Of a stretch of 64,000 nucleotides of DNA, positions 58,644 to 64,000 are shown one piece after another (the stretch's first letter is position 1; the number at the start of each line of letters is the position of its first letter). Position numbers and translations under genes: made by a program. The stretch lies in the NCBI GenBank assembly GCA_965195285.1, contig CBDAFS010000012.1, positions 32,001-96,000 of the forward strand, given 5' to 3'. The notes under the pieces were generated by a model. The model saw nothing but the letters and a program-made list of their open reading frames with translations. It was not told the origin of the DNA and did no database searches. Source of the DNA: an uncultured Aminicenantes bacterium (GTDB lineage Bacteria; Acidobacteriota; Aminicenantia; UBA2199).

Positions 58644-60374
58644 TTACAGTAAAGACAACAAGGTCAGGAATATGAAAGTTCCCAGGATGGCCAGGACCAG
58701 GAATTGAATGGCCGGACGGTAGCGATCCGGTGTGTACGTTTTATCGACAGATTTTTCAACCAGGATATAGGGGTTTTTGCCGAAAGCCACCAGCTTATCC
58801 ACCAGACCAAAGGCCTGTTTCTCCACCCAGTCAAAGATATTGGATATAGAATCAACAAACAGCTTGCGGGCCAGTTTGGACGGCCGCCGGTAGAACCAGT
58901 CGGTGTCCAGGGAGATGGTAGCATGGGGTTCCAGTTTTTTGCGCAGAATCCAGAAGCCAATAAAGGTGAAAATTAAAATCTGTATCGCTTCCACCAGATG
59001 GTGGCTGGTGAAAGGATTCCAGTTGTGAAGATGGTAGGTGGGCAGGTATTGATATAGAAGTGAAGGGGCAATTCCGTGCAAAATACAGAAAAAAGCCACG
59101 ATAGCCATACCGATATGCATATTGGCTGGCGGCTTCTGGACCTTCACGTTTTTATCCTTTTTAGTGGAGAACCAGGTAAAATAGGGAAGCTTGATGCCTA
59201 CGCTGAGAAAAGTTCCCACCGCAGCCAGGTTCAGGAACAAATAGGCCAGGCTGTAATGGGCTTCCAGTGCACCGGCCACCACCATGGACTTGCTGATGAA
59301 TCCGTTAAACAATGGAAATCCGGAGATGGAAAAGGCAGCGATCATGTAAAGCCAGAAAGTCCTGGGCATGGCCCGGTACAATCCCCCCAATTCGGTCAGT
59401 TTGCTCTTGCCGGTGGTGTGCAAGACCATACCGGCCCCCATGAACAGCAGGGCCTTGTACAGGATATGGCTGAAAGCATGGGCAGCCGATCCATCCATGG
59501 ACATGAAACTTCCGATGCCCACTCCGGCGACCATATAGCCTACCTGGCTGATGATATGATAGGCCAGGATTCCCCGGATATCATTGGATAAAATAGCGAA
59601 AATAACCCCGTAAACCGTCATGATGGTTCCGAAGATCAATAAGATTTCCCAGCCCGGGAATAAACGAAGCAGCACGTAAACGGCGGACTTGGTAGTGAAA
59701 GCACTCAGAAAGACAGCGCCGGTGACCGTGGCTTTGGGATAGGCATCCGAAAGCCAGGCATGGAGCGGAGGCACAGCAGCATTGATGACCACACCCAGCA
59801 GGATAAGCCAGGATGAAAATGATCCCGGTGACAATTTTCCGGATATCAATATATTTCCAGGCAGGATTGAAATATGCATGATGATACCGGCGAACAGTAA
59901 TCCGCCTCCCAGAACATGGTATAGCAGGTAGCGCATGCCGGCTTTCCGGGATTCAGGGGTGCGCCTGGCCCATATCAGGTAGGTGGAGGCCACGGCCATG
60001 ATTTCCCAGTACATGAAGAGGGTAAAGAAATCACCGGCAAAGGTCACCCCGATGGCACTCCCGGCATACAGGAGTGCGGCTACTTGCTGTCCGGTTTCCC
60101 TGATATGAAAGGAATAAATACTCCCGGCAAAGGCAATGAAAGCAAAAATGATTCCGAATATCCGGCTCAAGGTATCAATTTTGAAGATGATGAGCGGGTA
60201 ATTCATGATCTGAAGGGTAGTCTGGGATCCGTCCGGCAGGACCATTATCTGGGCCAGGGTGGCCAGGGTAAATACCAGCATGGCCACCGGACGGATTTTC
60301 CGGGTTAAAAAGGGAAGCAGGCAGGCGCCGGCAATCATGATAAAGGCAGGGGGAATTACCCATTCAGTCAGCAT
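58644..60374 (-). CDS. Mrp/Mnh antiporter subunit D-like
   Basis: WEIM, PPLHAWL.DAYP.A, LSAFTTK, LAYH..SQVG, H..YKALLFM, GFISK. Confidence 0.88.
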   Translation of the reverse strand: MLTEWVIPPAFIMIAGACLLPFLTRKIRPVAMLVFTLATLAQIMVLPDGSQTTLQIMNYPLIIFKIDTLSRIFGIIFAFIAFAGSIYSFHIRETGQQVAALLYAGSAIGVTFAGDFFTLFMYWEIMAVASTYLIWARRTPESRKAGMRYLLYHVLGGGLLFAGIIMHISILPGNILISGKLSPGSFSSWLILLGVVINAAVPPLHAWLSDAYPKATVTGAVFLSAFTTKSAVYVLLRLFPGWEILLIFGTIMTVYGVIFAILSNDIRGILAYHIISQVGYMVAGVGIGSFMSMDGSAAHAFSHILYKALLFMGAGMVLHTTGKSKLTELGGLYRAMPRTFWLYMIAAFSISGFPLFNGFISKSMVVAGALEAHYSLAYLFLNLAAVGTFLSVGIKLPYFTWFSTKKDKNVKVQKPPANMHIGMAIVAFFCILHGIAPSLLYQYLPTYHLHNWNPFTSHHLVEAIQILIFTFIGFWILRKKLEPHATISLDTDWFYRRPSKLARKLFVDSISNIFDWVEKQAFGLVDKLVAFGKNPYILVEKSVDKTYTPDRYRPAIQFLVLAILGTFIFLTLLSLL

Positions 60375-60585
60375 CGTAATAGTCCTCTTTTTGATTCAAA
60401 AATAACTTTCCCAGGGTTTTCGCCACCACAATCAGGGCCAGGCAGCCAGCAAATCCAAACAGAATCCAGAAAGCCGGAATTTGATTCCACCAGTGATGAT
60501 GACCGGAATCATGATGTGTGCTGAATTCAACCACCAGGGAAGACAGGGTCAGCAACGACAGCCCGATCCAGTACCATTTTTTCAT
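60364..60585 (-). CDS. Small 2-TM accessory subunit of Mrp-type operon
   Basis: Overlaps neighbouring genes; W..IPAF..LFGF.GC..L...AK.LG...L...EDYY pattern. Confidence 0.8.
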   Translation of the reverse strand: MKKWYWIGLSLLTLSSLVVEFSTHHDSGHHHWWNQIPAFWILFGFAGCLALIVVAKTLGKLFLNQKEDYYDAD

Positions 60586-62084
60586 TATCCCACCACTCCT
60601 GTTATATTGGAGGCGATTTTTGTGGCCAGCTGATAGAAATGCAGCCAGAGATCCGGATAAAGGCCGAAAAGCAGTGAAAGGATTGCTGTAATCACCAGGG
60701 GGACCACCATGAAGGGACTGGCCTCTTTTTTGCCTTCCAGATTCCGGGGTTCTCTGAAAAAAGACCGGTAAATAATGGGAAAGAAATAGGCGGCATTCAG
60801 CAAACCGCTGATCACCAGGATAAACAATGGGATCAGATTATCCGATTGAATGGAACCCAGTCCCAGATACCATTTACTGACGAATCCGTTAATGGGCGGT
60901 ATTCCGGCCAGCCCGATGGCGCCCATGGTAAAAGCCCCCATGGTCCAGGGCATGATCTTACCGATACCATCCAGTTCACTGATATTCTCACGGTGCAGGT
61001 TCACATATATGGCCCCGGCGCAAAAGAAGAGAGTAATCTTCATGGTAGCATGAAAAGCGATATGCATCATGCCGCCGGTGAATCCGGCCGGGGATAATAG
61101 GGCAGCTCCCAGAACAATGTAGGACAGGTGGCCAATGGTGGAATAGGCCAGCAGTCGTTTCAGGTTATCCTGTTTGAGAGCGATTAAAGAAGCCAGAATA
61201 ATGGTAATTCCGGCCAGAACCAGGAGTATATGGTTTAGACCGAATTGGCGCATCAGGGACGGTCCGAACACAAAACCCACCAGACGAATAACCCCGAAAA
61301 CACCGGATTTCACCACGGCGACCGCATGCAGAAGGGCACTCACCGGGGTTGGGGCAGCCATGGCTGTGGGAAGCCAGCTGTGAATGGGCATGATCGCTGC
61401 CTTTACCCCCACTCCCCCCAGGAATAGCAGGAAGAGAATGGTGGCGATTGACGGTGACAGCAGGTCTTGGGGAAAAAGTCCGCCAGCCTTGAAATCCAGG
61501 GTACCGGCAATCTGATAAGTGATCAGGGTGGCGGCTATCAGTAACAATCCGGCAGAGAGTGTATATAGTAGATATTTGCGGCCGGCGCGGATGGCTACCG
61601 GTGTTTCCTTGTGAATAACAAGGGGATAGGTGGCGATGGTCAGGATTTCATAAAATATGATAAAGGTCAGCAGGTTGGCTGAGAAGGCAATACCGATGGT
61701 GGCGGACAGGCAGACCGCAAAAAAAGCAAAATACCGGGTTTGCTTGTGTTCGTTCAATCCCCTCATATAGCCAATGGAATAAAAAGAAGTGAAGATCCAC
61801 AGCCCGGATGCGATCAGGGCAAAAAACACACCGAAGGGGTCGGCTTTCAGGGCCAGTTTGATTCCCGGGGCCAGTTCGAACAGGCTGATTTCCGCGGTCC
61901 GGTTGGCCACTGCTCCGGGCAGCAGGGTCAATACCAGGCCGAATTTTACCAGACTGGCTGAAATGGTCCAGAATTCACGCAGGTTTCGATTCCGGGTACT
62001 GAAGAGTATCAGGGGAACCGCCACCAGCGAAACCAGAACCGCCAGTATCGGGGTCAATGAGTGGTATATTTCTGCGCTGTTCAT
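60585..62084 (-). CDS. Mrp/Mnh antiporter subunit D family
   Basis: YSIGYM, HSWLP.AM.APTPVSALLHAVAVVK, LAYST, GFVSKW. Confidence 0.9.
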   Translation of the reverse strand: MNSAEIYHSLTPILAVLVSLVAVPLILFSTRNRNLREFWTISASLVKFGLVLTLLPGAVANRTAEISLFELAPGIKLALKADPFGVFFALIASGLWIFTSFYSIGYMRGLNEHKQTRYFAFFAVCLSATIGIAFSANLLTFIIFYEILTIATYPLVIHKETPVAIRAGRKYLLYTLSAGLLLIAATLITYQIAGTLDFKAGGLFPQDLLSPSIATILFLLFLGGVGVKAAIMPIHSWLPTAMAAPTPVSALLHAVAVVKSGVFGVIRLVGFVFGPSLMRQFGLNHILLVLAGITIILASLIALKQDNLKRLLAYSTIGHLSYIVLGAALLSPAGFTGGMMHIAFHATMKITLFFCAGAIYVNLHRENISELDGIGKIMPWTMGAFTMGAIGLAGIPPINGFVSKWYLGLGSIQSDNLIPLFILVISGLLNAAYFFPIIYRSFFREPRNLEGKKEASPFMVVPLVITAILSLLFGLYPDLWLHFYQLATKIASNITGVVG

Positions 62085-62090
62085 TGTTTT

Positions 62091-63584
62091 TTACCCCATT
62101 CCCCCCGGAATAATCTTTTGGATGATACCCTTTACGATAAAGGCATTGAGCAATCCGATAACCAGGATGGCGATGGCCAGAATGATTGTGGGGACCAGCA
62201 TGCTTGGATAGGCCTCTGATCTTTTTATTTTTTCGGTTTGGTTCTTTTCGGCATCAAGTGGCCTCAGGTAAATTTTTTCCAGGATTCGGAAGAAATAAAC
62301 CGCATTCAACAAACTGCTGATGAGAATAACGGTCAGAAATATCCAGTTCGAGTTTTTTATGGTGCCCAGGGCCAGGTACCATTTGCTGAAAAATCCCACA
62401 GTGGGAGGAAGGCCGACCATGGAAAGTGCGGCTACGGTAAAGGCAGCGGTTGTCCAGGGCATCTGTTTCCGGATAGAATCAGTGAATCGATTGATGTTGG
62501 AGTGTCCCAGTTTGATCCTGAAATTTCCTGCCACCAGAAACAGGCAGGCCTTCATCAGCGCATGGTTCATGACATGAAGTACTGCCCCGATCAGACCCAG
62601 CGGGTTGGCCAAACCGATACCCAGTCCGATATAGCCAACCTGAGCAATGCTGCTGTAGGCCAGCATGCGTTTCATTTCCTTCTGGGCAATGGCCATGATC
62701 GAACCGTAAATGATGCCGATGGCAGACAACCAGCCGAGTACCTGGGTCAGAGGGAGCATTTTATTGACCAATGAAATCCCGAATATGAAAAACAATATCC
62801 GGATGATGACATAAGCGCCGATTTTGGTACCGGTCGGAGCGACCAGTGCGGCTGTTGAAGAGGGGGCATAGGTGTAGGAATCCGGCAGCCAGCCATGAAG
62901 GGGAAACATGGCCATTTTAATGGCCATTCCAATGACCATCAGAATAAGGCCCACGATTACCGTGTGTTCCTGGTAAATATGGGGCAAGATCATCTTGATG
63001 TCTGCCATATTCAGGGAACCGGTAGTCATAAACAGGAATCCGGTACCCAGTAAATAAAATGAGGCACCAATGGTGCCCATGATCAAGTATCTGAAGGCGG
63101 CGATCGGTGATTTTTTCTCACCGATGGCGATCATACCGTACAGGGCCAGGGAGCTGATCTCCAGGAATACGTAAAGATTGAAAAAATCCCCGGTCAGTAC
63201 AATGCCGTTGAATCCGCAGAGCATCAGCATTACCACGGCATAATAGGGTGTTCGCTTATTCGGGTGTTCATTTTCGACTACCCGTTTGCTGTGAATCAAA
63301 ACCAGAAAAGCGATCGAGTTGATAACCAGGACAATAAATGCGGAAAGCGGATCCAGAACATATTCAATTCCTATGGGCGGTGCCCAGCCACCGAAAAAAT
63401 AGCGGACAGATCCTTTTTGCAGGACCAGCAGTATATTGTAAACCGATATAAACACGGAAATCAGCGAGGCCAGCAGGCTGAACGGGAAGGCGATCCAGTT
63501 TTTTCTGGAGGCAATAATGGGGATCAGTGCACCCGTACCCAGAAATATCAGCGGTATCAAAGCGGGTGTGTTACTCAGTGTCAT
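62091..63584 (-). CDS. Mrp/Mnh antiporter subunit D family
   Basis: GGW.PP.GIE, GD.FNLYVFLEI, TGSLNM, PLH.WLPD.Y, LAYSS, GFFSKW. Confidence 0.9.
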   Translation of the reverse strand: MTLSNTPALIPLIFLGTGALIPIIASRKNWIAFPFSLLASLISVFISVYNILLVLQKGSVRYFFGGWAPPIGIEYVLDPLSAFIVLVINSIAFLVLIHSKRVVENEHPNKRTPYYAVVMLMLCGFNGIVLTGDFFNLYVFLEISSLALYGMIAIGEKKSPIAAFRYLIMGTIGASFYLLGTGFLFMTTGSLNMADIKMILPHIYQEHTVIVGLILMVIGMAIKMAMFPLHGWLPDSYTYAPSSTAALVAPTGTKIGAYVIIRILFFIFGISLVNKMLPLTQVLGWLSAIGIIYGSIMAIAQKEMKRMLAYSSIAQVGYIGLGIGLANPLGLIGAVLHVMNHALMKACLFLVAGNFRIKLGHSNINRFTDSIRKQMPWTTAAFTVAALSMVGLPPTVGFFSKWYLALGTIKNSNWIFLTVILISSLLNAVYFFRILEKIYLRPLDAEKNQTEKIKRSEAYPSMLVPTIILAIAILVIGLLNAFIVKGIIQKIIPGGMG

Positions 63585-63957
63585 CCTCCTTTTTCAGCTT
63601 TTTGGACAGTATGCTTTCATCCAGGGTTTTGTAGCGTTTGTAGATACTGATGACCAGTGCAAAAGCCACGCCAATAGTGGCCACACCCACCACAATGGCG
63701 GTCAGCATGAGGGTATGGGGCAGGGGATTTATGTATTTCGACGTATCGGTGGCACCGATGGCCGGATCCAGAACCGGAACCGTGGCACCCCACTTTGAGG
63801 AGGTTGCAATGTAGAAGATAATGATCGAAACCTGAAAGATGGTCATGCCGATGAGTTTTTTAACCAGATTTTTTTTAAAAATCATCCCCCAGAGTCCCAG
63901 GGTCATCAGGGCAAACATGAACCAGTAGGCGTAATGCCCCAGAAAAAAATCAAGCAT
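63571..63957 (-). CDS. Mrp/Mnh antiporter subunit C
   Basis: NLVKK.IG, NPLPH.LMLTAIVV; start MLDFF after GGAG. Confidence 0.9.
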   Translation of the reverse strand: MLDFFLGHYAYWFMFALMTLGLWGMIFKKNLVKKLIGMTIFQVSIIIFYIATSSKWGATVPVLDPAIGATDTSKYINPLPHTLMLTAIVVGVATIGVAFALVISIYKRYKTLDESILSKKLKKEDDTE

Positions 63958-64000
63958 CGGGATCTCCTTCCAACAGGTCATCGTATATGGCGACCAGGAT
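63950..64000 (-). CDS. 3' end of upstream Mrp subunit (probably MnhB-like), truncated by window edge
   Basis: Frame reads ILVAIYDDLLEGDPDA-stop and overlaps the subunit C start; the call rests on operon position. Confidence 0.5.
   Translation of the reverse strand: MLVAIYDDLLEGDPDA

Noticed and set aside
58644-64000. Three MrpD-like subunits as a novel hydrogenase or complex I
   Set aside because: Matches a known Mrp-type antiporter arrangement; no hydrogenase or Fe-S subunits in view.
1-64000. CRISPR array, tRNA, rRNA, riboswitch
   Set aside because: No regularly spaced repeats or recognisable structured RNA seen by eye; intergenic gaps are short. An Infernal/Rfam scan would be needed to exclude them fully.

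Overview
Bacterial (diderm) chromosomal segment. Gene content and protein style suggest an anaerobe such as Ca. Aminicenantes/Acidobacteriota, which is inference only. Positions 1-35 kb form a large cell-envelope modification locus: four GT-C-type polytopic glycosyltransferases, a polyprenyl-phosphate GT2, a GtrA flippase, AsnB, and FAD/NAD sugar-redox enzymes. It also holds six exported alkaline-phosphatase-superfamily proteins that lack the formylglycine motif and all end in L-x-x-[LM]-G-Y, an FGE-like protein without its catalytic Cys, and two unusual fusions of an efflux periplasmic adaptor with an outer-membrane beta-barrel. At 34.95-36.77 kb an AT-rich island bounded by 18-bp direct repeats carries tsaA/trmO and a RAYT-type HUH transposase with 17-bp inverted ends. 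It is followed by an orphan small ORF with a Tat/lipobox-like leader and a (Yxx)n core. Positions 37-64 kb are mostly housekeeping: a 2-oxoacid:ferredoxin oxidoreductase operon, MscS, a Tat aldo/keto reductase, PBP1A, DUF58-BatA genes, two MshEN proteins, a DUF1998 helicase, ClpB, an FHA-sigma54 activator facing a sigma54 promoter, RlpA and an Mrp-type antiporter operon. Several genes look leaderless. No rRNA, tRNA or CRISPR array was seen.
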